A stretch of DNA of 64,000 nucleotides from an uncultured Pseudolysinimonas sp. Lineage in GTDB: Bacteria > Actinomycetota > Actinomycetes > Actinomycetales > Microbacteriaceae. The translations under genes were made by a program, and so were the position numbers. Below are positions 1-9,849 of the stretch, piece by piece. Location: contig CBFGZU010000001.1 of assembly GCA_965653335.1 (NCBI GenBank), positions 8,495-72,494 of the forward strand, in the 5' to 3' direction. Numbering within the stretch: the first letter of the stretch is position 1; each line of letters begins with the position of its first letter. Below the pieces are notes generated by a model. It saw only the letters and a list, made by a program, of their open reading frames with translations. It was not told where the DNA came from and did no database searches.

Positions 1-1
1 C

Positions 2-691
2 GAGCGCGGCGCGATGCGTACGTACTCGATCCGTCAGCTCGAGGTCGACGGTGGCGAGACCCGGCTCGTCGTCGACTTCGTGCTGCACCTCACCCCCGGC
101 TCGACCGGCCCCGCGTCGCGGTGGGCGGATGCCGCCGCAGTCGGCGATGAGCTGCTCGTCATCGGCCCGCGCCGCGGCCGCAAGGAGGACGGCGGCATCG
201 AGTACGCCCCCGGCGACGCCCGCGCGATCCTGCTCGCCGGAGACGAGACGGCGGCCCCCGCGATCGCCCGCATCCTCGAAGACGTCGATCGTGACGTGCA
301 GGGGGTCGCCTTCATCGAGATACCCGAGGATGCCGACATCCTTCCGATCGCGACGCCCCCGGGTGTCGAGGTGCGGTGGTTGCCGCGCTCGGGTGAGGCG
401 CACGGCACGCGGCTCATCCCGGCGGTGCTCGATCACCTCGGCGCCGCAGCTGTTGCGCCGCCGATCCAGGACGTCGACACCGAGGATCCGCTCTGGGAGA
501 CGCCGACCTTCTCAAGCCTCGGCGAGTCGGTCGCGGAGTCGGAGAACCACGCCGACCGGTACTTCTGGATCGCGGGCGAGAGCGGTGTCGTCACGACGTT
601 GCGCCGTCATCTCGTGAAGGACCTCGGCGTCGACCGTTCCCAGGTCGCGTTCATGGGGTACTGGCGGCACGGTGTCGCTATGCGCGGCTGA
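2..691 (+). CDS. Siderophore-interacting protein (ViuB/SIP family), 5'-truncated by window edge
   Basis: MRTYSIR, VDFVLH, GPASRWA, LLAGDETAAPAI, WIAGESGVV..LRRHLV, VAFMGYWR motifs; frame stays open to the left edge. Confidence 0.9.
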   Translation, partial: ERGAMRTYSIRQLEVDGGETRLVVDFVLHLTPGSTGPASRWADAAAVGDELLVIGPRRGRKEDGGIEYAPGDARAILLAGDETAAPAIARILEDVDRDVQGVAFIEIPEDADILPIATPPGVEVRWLPRSGEAHGTRLIPAVLDHLGAAAVAPPIQDVDTEDPLWETPTFSSLGESVAESENHADRYFWIAGESGVVTTLRRHLVKDLGVDRSQVAFMGYWRHGVAMRG

Positions 692-708
692 TGTTCTTGA
701 GCAAGTCA

Positions 709-784
709 GGGCGCTAACTCTCACTCATGCGGCACCTCAGCGCTTGAGAGCAGTTAGGCAGCCTCGTGGTGAAGAGTTAGAGTC
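709..784. repeat. REP-like palindromic element (arm GGGCGCTAACTCTCACTC, degenerate right arm GGTGAAGAGTTAG)
   Basis: 709-724 is the exact reverse complement of 6932-6947; lies between convergent genes. Confidence 0.65.
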
Positions 785-804
785 GGCCGTCGTCTGAACG
801 CACG

Positions 805-1740
805 TCAGAATCCGAGCCGCAACACCATCACGCCGGGGAAGATCGCGAACGCGACGGTCACCGGCAGGATGAGGAACACGAGGGGCACGAGCATCGCGAT
901 CTCCTTCTTGCCCGCCGCTTCGAGCAGTGACCGCTTGGCGTCATCCCGGGAGTCCTGCGCCTGAGCCCGCAGCACGTCGACGAGCGGGCTGCCGCGGTCG
1001 AGCGCTCCGACGAGCTGGTCGACGGTGCGCGACAGTGCCGGCAACTGGATCTCATCGGCGCACCGTTCGAGCGCCGTGGCGAGCGGCACTCCAGCATTGA
1101 CCTGGGCGACGACGATCGCGATCTCGCGGGCGAGGTCGCCGTTGCCCGCTCGGGCGACGCGGCGCAGGGCGTCGAGCACCGCTTCGCCGGCGGAGAGCGA
1201 CAGCGTCAGAAATTCGAGCACGGTCGGCAACTCCGCGGCGATCCGGTCGCGGCGTGCCCGCGCTGCCCGGGACAGCACCTGATCGGGCAGCAGCACCCCG
1301 ATCGCAGCACACACCGCGACCACCACTCCGAGCAACAACGGCGACAGCGCTGAGGAACGCGCAAGAGCCACCGCGAACAGGATGCCGACCCCCGCCCCCG
1401 TCACTCCCCCGAGCAACTGCCGACCCCGCAACGCCTCGACGGTGAGCGTCCACCCGGCCTGCCGCAACCGACGCTCGACCGTGTCGTCACCGCCGAACAC
1501 CGCGACAAGAGCTGCGCGGATGCGGCGGCCGGCCGGGGCGAGCAGCCCACCGACGAAGGGAAGCGGCTCCGCCGGTCGGCGGTCGAGGACCTCGCGGGCT
1601 TCGGGTGAGACATCGGCGATGTACGGCGCGACTCGGGCGGCGAGCCGCGTCGCCCCGACGCGCGGGACGAGTCCGAGCAACGTCCACAGCCCGAGGCCGA
1701 GCGTCACGCCGACCGGAACCGCGAGCGCGAGGAGCGTCAT
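805..1740 (-). CDS. tadC: Type II secretion system F-family / TadC-like membrane protein
   Basis: ELPTVLEFLTLSLSAGE..DALRRV, GKKEIAMLVPLVFLILP; ATG at 1740 overlaps the upstream stop (ATGA). Confidence 0.85.
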   Translation of the reverse strand: MTLLALAVPVGVTLGLGLWTLLGLVPRVGATRLAARVAPYIADVSPEAREVLDRRPAEPLPFVGGLLAPAGRRIRAALVAVFGGDDTVERRLRQAGWTLTVEALRGRQLLGGVTGAGVGILFAVALARSSALSPLLLGVVVAVCAAIGVLLPDQVLSRAARARRDRIAAELPTVLEFLTLSLSAGEAVLDALRRVARAGNGDLAREIAIVVAQVNAGVPLATALERCADEIQLPALSRTVDQLVGALDRGSPLVDVLRAQAQDSRDDAKRSLLEAAGKKEIAMLVPLVFLILPVTVAFAIFPGVMVLRLGF

Positions 1741-2597
1741 GCGAACCACCGCCGCTCGTCGGGAAGCCGACCGAGCGCGATCATCACCCGGTAGGCGACA
1801 ACCGTGACGGCGAGTCCGACGCCGAGCAGCACGAGCCCGGCCGGGCTGTTGTACGCCGTCGCAGCTTCGGGTCGTGACGCGAGAAGCAGCAGCACGACCC
1901 ACGGCGCGACGACGCCGAGCCGCGCGGCGCCGCGCACCCACGATTGGCGTGCCTCGACCTCGGACCGCACCGCGGCATCCGCCCGCAGCGACGTCGCGAG
2001 CGCCCTCAGCACCGACGGCAGCTCGGAGCCGCCGACCTCGCGCGCCATCTTGAGCGTCTCGACGATGCGGTCGGCGATCGGATCGGCGAGGTCGACCTTG
2101 AGCCCGTCGAGCGCGGAGGCGAGGTTGCCCGACCCGAGGGCGCGCCGCTCGAAGGAGCGAAACGCCGCGCGCGTCTCGGCGGGGCCGACCTCGGCGAGGG
2201 CCCCCACCGCTTCGGCGAGTGGCAGCCCCGCTCGGATGCCGGAGACGAGGTGATCGACGAGATCCGGCCAGGCGAGGCGGAGAGTCGTGCGCAGCGCGCG
2301 GGCGCGCGCCGACAGCACGGCGAGGGGCACGGCGGCTCCGAACCCCGCAGCGCCGAGAGCGAGGGCGGGCACGGGGGCGACGGCGAGCACGACGGCCGCG
2401 GCGACGAGCCCCGACAGCACGCTCACCGCGATGGGAACCCCCACCGCGACCCGGCCGAGCCCCGCCTGCGCGAGGCGGGTACGCCATCCGTCGAGGGCCG
2501 AGCGCCGCGACCGCGCGGATGCCGCGCGCGGCCAGACGAACGGCGACGCGATGAGCAGAAGGCCGACCCCGAGCAGCAGTCCAACCGCGATCGTCAC
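1737..2597 (-). CDS. tadB: Type II secretion system F-family / TadB-like membrane protein
   Basis: WPDLVDHLVSGIRAGLPL, EVEARQSWV, YNSPAG; GTG at 2597 overlaps the tadA stop (GTGA). Confidence 0.85.
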   Translation of the reverse strand: MTIAVGLLLGVGLLLIASPFVWPRAASARSRRSALDGWRTRLAQAGLGRVAVGVPIAVSVLSGLVAAAVVLAVAPVPALALGAAGFGAAVPLAVLSARARALRTTLRLAWPDLVDHLVSGIRAGLPLAEAVGALAEVGPAETRAAFRSFERRALGSGNLASALDGLKVDLADPIADRIVETLKMAREVGGSELPSVLRALATSLRADAAVRSEVEARQSWVRGAARLGVVAPWVVLLLLASRPEAATAYNSPAGLVLLGVGLAVTVVAYRVMIALGRLPDERRWFA

Positions 2598-3823
2598 GAG
2601 GATGCCCGCAGGTAGTCGGCGACGTCGACGCCGGCACGCGCGAACTTGTCGCGCTGAACGGGAAGGGCGCCCGTCGCGACGAGACCCTCCGCCGCGCGGG
2701 CGAACAGCCACGTCGATTCGATGACCCCGTCGACGACGCGCCCCGTCGGGGCGACGATCTCGACGACGTGCCGGTGTCCGGTGCGGTCGAGTTCGGCGTG
2801 CACGACGAGGTCGATCGACGAAGCGACCGTCGGCAGCACGAACGTGGAGTCGATGTTGCGTCCCGCGAGCAGCGGGAGGGTCGCGAGTTTGCGCAGCGCG
2901 TCGTCGCCCGAGTTGGCGTGCAACGAGCACATCCCGGGCAATCCGCTATTCAACGCGATGAGCAGGTCGAGCGACTCGGCTTCGCGCACCTCGCCGACCA
3001 CGAGCCGGTCGGGGCGCATCCGCAGTGCCTCTTTCACCAGCCGGCGCAGGGTGACCTCGCCGGTGCCCTCGAGCGACGACTGCCGGCACTGCAGCGCGAC
3101 CCAGTCGGGCGCGGCGACGGCGAGCTCGAAGGTCTCCTCGACGGTGACGATGCGCTCCTCGGGGCGAGCCGACGCGAGCAGCGCGCCGAGCATCGTCGTC
3201 TTGCCGCTCTGGGTCGCGCCCGAGACGAGGATGTTGAGCCCCGCCCACACGCTCGCGTGCAGGAACTCAGCGGCGTGCGCGGTGAGCGAGCCGAGGCGCA
3301 CGAGTTCGCGCAGGTCGCGCATCCCCGACCGGAACTTGCGGATGTTGACCGCCCAGTGCGCCCGCGTGATGTCGGGAATCGCGACGTGCAACCGCGATCC
3401 ATCAGGCAGCGAGGCGTCGACGAACGGGCTGCTCAGGTCGACCCGGCGACCGGTGCTGCGCAGCATCCGCTCGACGAGGTCGCGCACATCCGTCTCGGTG
3501 AGATCGAGCTGGATGCGCTCCGAGACGCCGTTTCTCGCGATGAAGACGCGGTCGGGGGCGTTGATCCACACCTCCTCTACCGTCGGGTCGTCGAGGAAGG
3601 GTTGCAGCGGCCCGAGTCCGGTGACGGCGGCGATGATCGTGCGCGCGGCGGCCTGCTCGTCGGCGATGAGCGGGGCGGACCCGCCGAGGGCGCGCTCCGA
3701 GTAGGTGCGCAGCTCCTCTCGCACGAAACGGTCGGCGAGATCGGAGTTCGCGGCGAGGTCGACGCCCTCCCGCCGCACCCGCTCGCGCACGCGGTCGGTG
3801 ATGAGATTCACGACGGCGCTCAC
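2594..3823 (-). CDS. tadA: CpaF/TadA family pilus assembly ATPase
   Basis: Walker A SGATQSGKTT, ALRMRPDRLVVGEVR, SLHANS. Confidence 0.93.
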   Translation of the reverse strand: MSAVVNLITDRVRERVRREGVDLAANSDLADRFVREELRTYSERALGGSAPLIADEQAAARTIIAAVTGLGPLQPFLDDPTVEEVWINAPDRVFIARNGVSERIQLDLTETDVRDLVERMLRSTGRRVDLSSPFVDASLPDGSRLHVAIPDITRAHWAVNIRKFRSGMRDLRELVRLGSLTAHAAEFLHASVWAGLNILVSGATQSGKTTMLGALLASARPEERIVTVEETFELAVAAPDWVALQCRQSSLEGTGEVTLRRLVKEALRMRPDRLVVGEVREAESLDLLIALNSGLPGMCSLHANSGDDALRKLATLPLLAGRNIDSTFVLPTVASSIDLVVHAELDRTGHRHVVEIVAPTGRVVDGVIESTWLFARAAEGLVATGALPVQRDKFARAGVDVADYLRASS

Positions 3824-3941
3824 CCCGCCATTGTGCGAAGCCCGCGCCGTCGCGGGCGCTCGTTCTCCACAGCCCGCGATTTCGTTCGTCGCGTCCTTGC
3901 CCGATAAGCCCCGTGGCGAGACAACACACGGTCTTGTCGAA

Positions 3942-3980
3942 AGACTTTAAGTCTGCTCTACTTGTACTTAACAGATAAGT
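3942..3980. promoter_or_regulatory. Two short inverted repeats in the AT-rich promoter region of the hipBA-type operon (candidate operators)
   Basis: AGACTT-T-AAGTCT (3942-3954) and ACTTA-N5-TAAGT (3966-3980). Confidence 0.45.
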
Positions 3981-4008
3981 GGCGCATAACATCAAGAAAG
4001 TTAGACGT

Positions 4009-4320
4009 ATGGAAAGGCGCACCGTCGACGAGACCGAGGCATCCCTCGGCGAGCAGGTGCGCCGCCTCCGCATCGACGCCCAGCTCACGCAAGAGGATGT
4101 CGCGCGCCGGGCCGACGTGTCGAAGGCGACCATCTCGGCGCTGGAAAGCGGTCGCGGCAGCTCTCTCCCCACTCTGATCCGGGTACTGCGAGTGCTCGGT
4201 CGCGACGACTGGTTCGACGAGATCCGCCCCGATGAGGGGCCGAGCCCGCTCGAATTGCTCCGCGCGGAGCGCCGGCAACCCGCCCCGCGGCGCGTGCGCC
4301 GACCCCGGAGCGCGGCCTGA
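4009..4320 (+). CDS. XRE-family HTH protein, HipB-like antitoxin
   Basis: LGEQVRRLRIDAQLTQEDVARRADVSKATISALESG; TGATG coupling to hipA; alternative GTG at 3979. Confidence 0.85.
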   Translation: MERRTVDETEASLGEQVRRLRIDAQLTQEDVARRADVSKATISALESGRGSSLPTLIRVLRVLGRDDWFDEIRPDEGPSPLELLRAERRQPAPRRVRRPRSAA

Positions 4321-5624
4321 TGCCCTGGCAGCACGTGCGGGTCGTCGAGGTGCTCGCCTGGGGCGAACGGGTCGGCGCGATTGCCGCCACCGGCACCCGC
4401 GGTGCGTACACCTTCGAGTACGAGCCCGCCTGGAAGCGTCGCGGGCTCGACCTCGCTCCCGAGTTGATGCCGATCGACGACCGACGGCGCACCTTCACGT
4501 TCCCCGGGCTCAACCCCGAGACCTTCCACGGGCTGCCCCCGATGATCGCCGACTCGCTGCCCGACCGGTTCGGCAACGCGATCGTCGACGCGCATCTCAG
4601 CAAGCTGGGCCTGGATGCCGCGGAGGCGACCGCGCTCGACCGGCTCGCCTACCTCGGCCCCCGCGGCATGGGAGCCCTCGAATACCGTCCCGACCACGCG
4701 CCGCACACCCCGGCGCCGACGAGTGTCGACCTCGCCGAACTCATCATCACCGCGCGCGCCGCCGTCGAGGGTTCGCTCGCCACCGAATCCGACTCGGCGG
4801 AGTCGCTGCATCGCATCATCAACGTCGGCACGAGCGCCGGCGGAGCGCGCGCGAAGGCCATTCTCAACGTCAACCCCGACACCGACGAGCTGCGGTCGGG
4901 TCACGTGCCCCCGGCGGCGGGCTTCGAGCCGTGGCTGCTGAAATTCGACGGGGTGCGCACCGACAAGCGCCTCGGCAAGAGCGAGAACTTCGGACGCGTC
5001 GAGTACGCCTACTCCCTGATGGCTCGGGATGCCGGAATCACCATGGCCCCCACGCGCCTGCTCGAAGAGAACGGCCGGGCGCACTTCATGACCCGCCGCT
5101 TCGACCGGTCGAGCGACGGCGAGAAGATCCACCTGCAGACCCTCTGCGGAATCGCCGGGGTCGACTACAACCAGGTCGCCACCAACGACTACTCGCAGTA
5201 CCTCACGCAAGTGCAGCGGCTCGACCTCGGCCCCGCCGCGATGGAGCAAGCCTGGCGCCGCATGATCTTCAACGTCGCCGCCGCCAACTGCGACGACCAC
5301 TCGAAGAACTTCAGTTTTCTCTTCGACCAGCAGAATGGATGGCAGCTCGCCCCCGCCTACGACGTCACCTACGCCTACAACTCCGAATCCCCGTGGGTGC
5401 ACCAACACCTCATGAGCGTCAACGGACGGTTCGAGGGGGTCACCCGCGGCGACATCCTCGAAGTGGCGGAACGTTTCGGGGTCGAAGCGTCCCGCGCGAT
5501 CCTCGACGAAGTACTGGATGCCGTGGCACGGTGGGCGGAGTTCGCGGCGTTGAGTGGTGTTCCCGACGAGATCGCGGAGGAGATCGCCGACGACCATCTC
5601 GTAGCCGCCCTGCGCCGCCACTGA
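4320..5624 (+). CDS. hipA: HipA-family kinase toxin
   Basis: N-terminal DSLPDRFG, P-loop GTSAGGARAKA, WLLKFDG, catalytic NCDDHSKNFSF, LAPAYDV. Confidence 0.92.
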   Translation: MPWQHVRVVEVLAWGERVGAIAATGTRGAYTFEYEPAWKRRGLDLAPELMPIDDRRRTFTFPGLNPETFHGLPPMIADSLPDRFGNAIVDAHLSKLGLDAAEATALDRLAYLGPRGMGALEYRPDHAPHTPAPTSVDLAELIITARAAVEGSLATESDSAESLHRIINVGTSAGGARAKAILNVNPDTDELRSGHVPPAAGFEPWLLKFDGVRTDKRLGKSENFGRVEYAYSLMARDAGITMAPTRLLEENGRAHFMTRRFDRSSDGEKIHLQTLCGIAGVDYNQVATNDYSQYLTQVQRLDLGPAAMEQAWRRMIFNVAAANCDDHSKNFSFLFDQQNGWQLAPAYDVTYAYNSESPWVHQHLMSVNGRFEGVTRGDILEVAERFGVEASRAILDEVLDAVARWAEFAALSGVPDEIAEEIADDHLVAALRRH

Positions 5625-5775
5625 CCCGACTGTCGGCGCCGTGCCACCCAAGCCAGCGGGTCGGACGCGCGTCGCCGGGGCGGACATTCAGGTAGACCGG
5701 CTAAGTTGGCGGTATCTGGAGCGTTCCGCTCACTCGCCGGCTGGGAAGTCGTACCCGAGGTACCCGAGGCCGATT

Positions 5776-6861
5776 GTGACTCTCGCCCCCGCTGATCCCA
5801 CCTATCGCAGCACGGTGCCGCGCGACTCGGTGTCGCGCGGGTTCGCACCTCTGCTCAAGCGCGTGCGGGCGGCCAACCTCCTGCGCCGCAGCCAGGTCTT
5901 CTACATCTCGCTGCTCACGACACTCGTGCTCGCCCTCGGCGGCGCGATCACCGGATTCGTGCTGCTCGGCGACTCGTGGTTCCAGTTGATCATCGCCGCC
6001 GCGCTCGGGGTGATCTTCACCCAGTTCGCATTTCTCGGGCACGAGGCATCCCACCGCCAGGTGTTCAGCTCCGGCAAGGCGAACGACCGGATGGGCCGCG
6101 CGCTCGCGTCCGGCGTCGTGGGCCTCTCCTACTCGTGGTGGATGAACAAGCACACCCGCCACCACGGCAACCCCAACGTCGTCGGGCAAGACCCCGACCT
6201 CGACATCGACACCGTCTCCTTCGTCGACGCCGACGCGGCATCCGCCCGGGGCCTGCGCGCCCTCATCACCCGCCACCAGGGGAAGCTGTTCTTCCCGCTG
6301 CTCGCCTTCGAGGGTCTCAACCTCCACGTGAAGTCGTTCGGCCACGCGTTCGGGCGCGGCAAGGTCGACAACCGCAAACTCGAGATCGCGCTGCTCGTGG
6401 CACGCATGGCGATCGTCGTGAGCGCCGTCTTCCTCGTGCTGCCGCTCGGCATGGCGTTCGCCTTCCTCGGCGTGCAGCTCGTCGTGTTCGGCGCCTACAT
6501 GGGACTGGCGTTCGCCCCCAACCACATCGGCATGACGATGTTCGCGATCGACGCGAAGCCCGACTTCCTGCGCAAGCAAGTGCTGTCGTCGCGCAACATC
6601 CGCGGCGGCTGGTCGATGACGATGCTCATGGGCGGGCTCAACTTCCAGATCGAGCATCACCTCTTCCCGAGCATGGCGCGCCCGCACCTCTTCGCCGCCC
6701 GCCGGATGGTGCGCGAATCCTGCACCGCGGAAGGCATCGTGTACACCGAGACGACCCTGCGCGAGGCGTATCGCGTCGTCATCCGCTACATGCGCACCGT
6801 CGGACGCAGTGCCCCACGTATCTTCGAGTGCCCCGTCGTCTACGAGTACGGCCGCAGCTAG
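5776..6861 (+). CDS. Membrane fatty-acid (acyl-CoA/acyl-lipid) desaturase
   Basis: Three His boxes HEASH, HTRHH, QIEHH; start uncertain (GTG 5776 chosen). Confidence 0.88.
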   Translation: MTLAPADPTYRSTVPRDSVSRGFAPLLKRVRAANLLRRSQVFYISLLTTLVLALGGAITGFVLLGDSWFQLIIAAALGVIFTQFAFLGHEASHRQVFSSGKANDRMGRALASGVVGLSYSWWMNKHTRHHGNPNVVGQDPDLDIDTVSFVDADAASARGLRALITRHQGKLFFPLLAFEGLNLHVKSFGHAFGRGKVDNRKLEIALLVARMAIVVSAVFLVLPLGMAFAFLGVQLVVFGAYMGLAFAPNHIGMTMFAIDAKPDFLRKQVLSSRNIRGGWSMTMLMGGLNFQIEHHLFPSMARPHLFAARRMVRESCTAEGIVYTETTLREAYRVVIRYMRTVGRSAPRIFECPVVYEYGRS

Positions 6862-6873
6862 CCGGGACTCGGT

Positions 6874-6947
6874 CGCCAACTCTCACTCGGCGCGGTCATC
6901 AGGGCCCGGGAAGCCCTAAATAGCGCTGCGGGTGAGAGTTAGCGCCC
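6874..6947. repeat. REP-like palindromic element with 16-bp arms
   Basis: CGCCAACTCTCACTCG (6874-6889) and CGGGTGAGAGTTAGCG (6929-6944), 14/16 complementary; between convergent genes. Confidence 0.75.
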
Positions 6948-6948
6948 G

Positions 6949-7383
6949 TCACACGACGCGCGCGAGCCGCGCGACGGCGAACTCGTAGCCCTGCACCCCC
7001 GCTCCGACGATCACGCAGGCCGCGATCGGCGAGATGTACGAGTGCGACCGGAACTCCTCGCGCGCGTAAACGTTGCTGAGGTGCACTTCGATGACGGGGA
7101 GGCCGACACCGACGAGGGCGTCGCGGAGGGCCACGGATGTGTGGGTGAAACCCCCGGCATTGACGACGATGCCGACGGCGGTGTCGCGGGCCGCGTGGAT
7201 GGCGTCGATCAGCACGCCCTCATGATTGCTGTGCACGGCGTCGAGCTCCCAGCCGTGTTCCGCTGCGGCCGCCCGAGCCGTCGCCTCGACGTCGGCCAGG
7301 GTTTCCGAGCCGTAGATGTGCGGCTCGCGCGTGCCGAGCAGGTTGAGGTTCGGCCCGTTGACGAGCAGGATGCGGTCAGCCAC
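6949..7383 (-). CDS. aroQ: Type II 3-dehydroquinate dehydratase
   Basis: [46 protein letters not shown]. Confidence 0.96.
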   Translation of the reverse strand: MADRILLVNGPNLNLLGTREPHIYGSETLADVEATARAAAAEHGWELDAVHSNHEGVLIDAIHAARDTAVGIVVNAGGFTHTSVALRDALVGVGLPVIEVHLSNVYAREEFRSHSYISPIAACVIVGAGVQGYEFAVARLARVV

Positions 7384-9154
7384 GAGCCGACCGTTGCGCC
7401 GCGAGTCGGATGGGGGCGTTCACGGCGCCGTACCCGTCATAGCCGCCAAGCCGCTGCACCACCTCGAGGAAAACCCCGCCGATGGTGGGCGTGTAGAAGT
7501 GGATGAACTCACCGTCGCCGGTGCGATCGTAGAACAGATCGAGGTCGCGCAACCCGTCGAGGAACGCAGGAGCGAGGTCGAATCGCGCCGCGAGGTCGTC
7601 GTAATAGTTCTCCGGGATGCGCAGAAACTCGAGCCCCCGATCGCGGGCGGCCCGGGCGACCAACACGACATCGTCGCAGCGCACCGCGATGTGCCGGTCG
7701 GGCAGCGGGGCGGTCGGCGGCGCGAGGTTCATCGGTAGCCGTACGGCACCGTCGGCGGTGCGCATCACCTGACTGCGCACGAGACCGAGCGGCCCGGGAA
7801 CCTCGGCCGCCGATGTCGACCCGAGGGCGAGCACGCTGCTCGCGAAGAGCACCGCTTCGTCGAAGTCGTGCCAGCGATAGCCGAGGTTGACGTGATCGAC
7901 CTGTCCCGAGGCGTCGTTCCCGGCTTCGCCGCCGCTGAACTCGGTGATCCACGAGCCTTCGGCGGGGCTGTCGCTCCAGTAGATCGCGGTTCCGTCGGGC
8001 GCGGCGACGGAACGCAAGTGGTGCTCGCCCGCGTAGGTGCGGCGGTACACCTGGGGGGCGCCGAGGGTGCGGGCGCGCTCCTCGGCGCCCGCGGCATCCG
8101 GCACGTCGAGTCCGATGCCGGCGACCCGAGGCGCCTCGTCGCGGGCCTGCTCGTCGAGGATGATGCGGGCGTCGCCGAAGCTCCACAGTCGCACCGGTTT
8201 CGTGCGGTGGCGTCCCCGGAAGCGGAAGCCGAGCTGGGTGAGCATCGCGTCGAACGCGGTGAGGTCGGCACCGGCGATCTCGACGAAGTCGATGCCGGTC
8301 GGCGGGGTCGCGTCGGCGAGGCGGTCGGTATCCCACCCGTTCGCCGCCGCGGTGCGGTCGGCGAGCCAGGTGAGCGAGCGGCGCGCGTGGGCGGCGGTGC
8401 GCACGGGGTCGGTCTGCCGGAACGTGTCGTTGAAGACTTCGAGCGAGAGCGGCCCGGTGTACCCAGCGCGCAGCACGTGCCCGAGGAATTCGGTGAGCGC
8501 GAATCCCCCCTCACCGGGGAACAGCCGGTGGTGCCTGCTCCACGACAGCAGGTCCATGTCGAGTTCGGGCGCGTCGGCGAGTTGCAGGAAGAAGATGCGG
8601 TCGCCCGGGATCTGCTCGATAGCGGCGGGGTCGTGGCCGCGCGACAAGATGTGGAAGCTGTCGAGGCAGGTGCCGAGGTTGGGCCGGTCGGCGGCCTGTA
8701 CGAGCCGCCAGGCGTGCCGGTAGTCGTTCACGAAACGACCCCAGGCGAGCGCTTCGAAGGCGATCCGGATGCCGTGAGCAGCCGCGCGGTCGGCGAGCTC
8801 CCCGAGCTGGCGGGCGGCGACCTGGTCGTCGTCGATCGTCGCGGTGCCGGCGTTGCTGCAGACGAGCACGAGATCGGTTCCCAGTCGCCGCATGGTGTCG
8901 AACTTCGCGTCGGCGCGGCGCAGGGTGTCGGCGAAGCTGGCGTCGTCGACGCCTTCGACGTCGCGGAACGGCTGGTACATCTCGATCGTGAGGCCGAGAC
9001 GCGCACAGAGAGCGCGGATCTCTTCGGGTGATTCGTAGGCGGCCTGGAGGTCGGCATCCATGATCTCGACGCCGTCGAATCCGGCCGCGGCGGCGGCCTG
9101 GAGCTTCTCGACGAGTCCGCCGGAGAGGCACACGGTCGCGATCGAGGTCCGCAT
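7376..9154 (-). CDS. qsuB: Two-domain 3-dehydroshikimate dehydratase (sugar-phosphate isomerase TIM barrel + HPPD-like domain; QsuB/QuiC1 type)
   Basis: [54 protein letters not shown]-terminal [16 protein letters not shown]. Confidence 0.88.
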   Translation of the reverse strand: MRTSIATVCLSGGLVEKLQAAAAAGFDGVEIMDADLQAAYESPEEIRALCARLGLTIEMYQPFRDVEGVDDASFADTLRRADAKFDTMRRLGTDLVLVCSNAGTATIDDDQVAARQLGELADRAAAHGIRIAFEALAWGRFVNDYRHAWRLVQAADRPNLGTCLDSFHILSRGHDPAAIEQIPGDRIFFLQLADAPELDMDLLSWSRHHRLFPGEGGFALTEFLGHVLRAGYTGPLSLEVFNDTFRQTDPVRTAAHARRSLTWLADRTAAANGWDTDRLADATPPTGIDFVEIAGADLTAFDAMLTQLGFRFRGRHRTKPVRLWSFGDARIILDEQARDEAPRVAGIGLDVPDAAGAEERARTLGAPQVYRRTYAGEHHLRSVAAPDGTAIYWSDSPAEGSWITEFSGGEAGNDASGQVDHVNLGYRWHDFDEAVLFASSVLALGSTSAAEVPGPLGLVRSQVMRTADGAVRLPMNLAPPTAPLPDRHIAVRCDDVVLVARAARDRGLEFLRIPENYYDDLAARFDLAPAFLDGLRDLDLFYDRTGDGEFIHFYTPTIGGVFLEVVQRLGGYDGYGAVNAPIRLAAQRSARG

Positions 9155-9160
9155 GGCGCG

Positions 9161-9248
9161 AATGTACCAGTTCGTACATTGAGAAGCCAGGGCCAGTCGA
9201 CGTTCGAGGAGGGAGGGCTTGCGGGCCTAATGTAATAACTAGTACGTT
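9161..9248. promoter_or_regulatory. Pair of 20-bp operators in the divergent quinate promoter region
   Basis: AATGTAC-N6-GTACATT (9161-9180, perfect) and AATGTAA-N6-GTACGTT (9229-9248). Confidence 0.75.
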
Positions 9249-9299
9249 CGTAGCGGATATCGCAGGATGAACTGCGTGGCACAACGAACGAGGAAGTCC

Positions 9300-9848
9300 G
9301 TGACCCCCACCGATCCCCCGCTGTCGCCCCGGCGACGCGCTCTGCACCGGACGATCACCGTCGTCGGGGTCGTCGAACTCGCGATCGGCGTGCTGTCGTT
9401 CGTGCTCATCTTCGGGCTCATGCTCGTCCAGGCCGGGCAGCGCTACCTGCCGCTCGAGCAGATCGCCTGGACCGGTGAGATCTCGAAATTCGCGCTGATC
9501 TGGATGACGTTCGCCGCGATGGGCCTCCTCATCACGTCGGGCGGTCACATCTCGCTCGAAGTGGTGGACACGATCAACCGGCCGATGCTCGTGCGGGTCG
9601 TGCAAGTCATCGCGCTGCTCATCGTCGCCGCCACCGGGGTGCTGATCCTCGCCGCGTCGATCGACCTCGTCGAGACCCAGGGCATCCTCAAGTCGCCGGT
9701 GCTGCGGCTGCCGATGTCGCTCGTCTACATCCCGGTGCTGCTCGGCTCGCTCAGCACCGTCATCCGTTCGATTGTCGCGGCCATCGATGTCGCCATCAAC
9801 GGGCCGGTCCTGGCGACGGGCGCCGAGTCCGATGTGAAGGCGGCCTGA
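9300..9848 (+). CDS. TRAP transporter small permease (DctQ)
   Basis: Four TM segments, WTGEISKFALIWMTF, GGHISLE; GAGGAAG RBS before GTG 9300. Confidence 0.85.
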   Translation: MTPTDPPLSPRRRALHRTITVVGVVELAIGVLSFVLIFGLMLVQAGQRYLPLEQIAWTGEISKFALIWMTFAAMGLLITSGGHISLEVVDTINRPMLVRVVQVIALLIVAATGVLILAASIDLVETQGILKSPVLRLPMSLVYIPVLLGSLSTVIRSIVAAIDVAINGPVLATGAESDVKAA

Positions 9849-9849
9849 C

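Noticed and set aside
805-2637. Apparent long or fused ORFs (610-aa tadC, 539-aa dehydrogenase from 10401, 890-aa at 19931, 859-aa dedA from 49536, 452-aa rph)
   Set aside because: The N-terminal extensions overlap neighbouring genes in other frames; internal starts with stop/start coupling, RBS or leaderless -10 boxes explain them.
3402-5687. 761-aa minus-strand ORF and the many other long antisense or alternate-frame ORFs (e.g. 40916-43837, 23546-25588, 27800-29779, 39361-41127)
   Set aside because: Shadow frames of well-supported genes in high-GC DNA; Arg/Gly/Ala-rich with no recognisable motifs.
5751-5769. 9-bp tandem duplication GTACCCGAG upstream of the desaturase as a target-site duplication or operator
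   Set aside because: Too short, only two adjacent copies, and no associated element.
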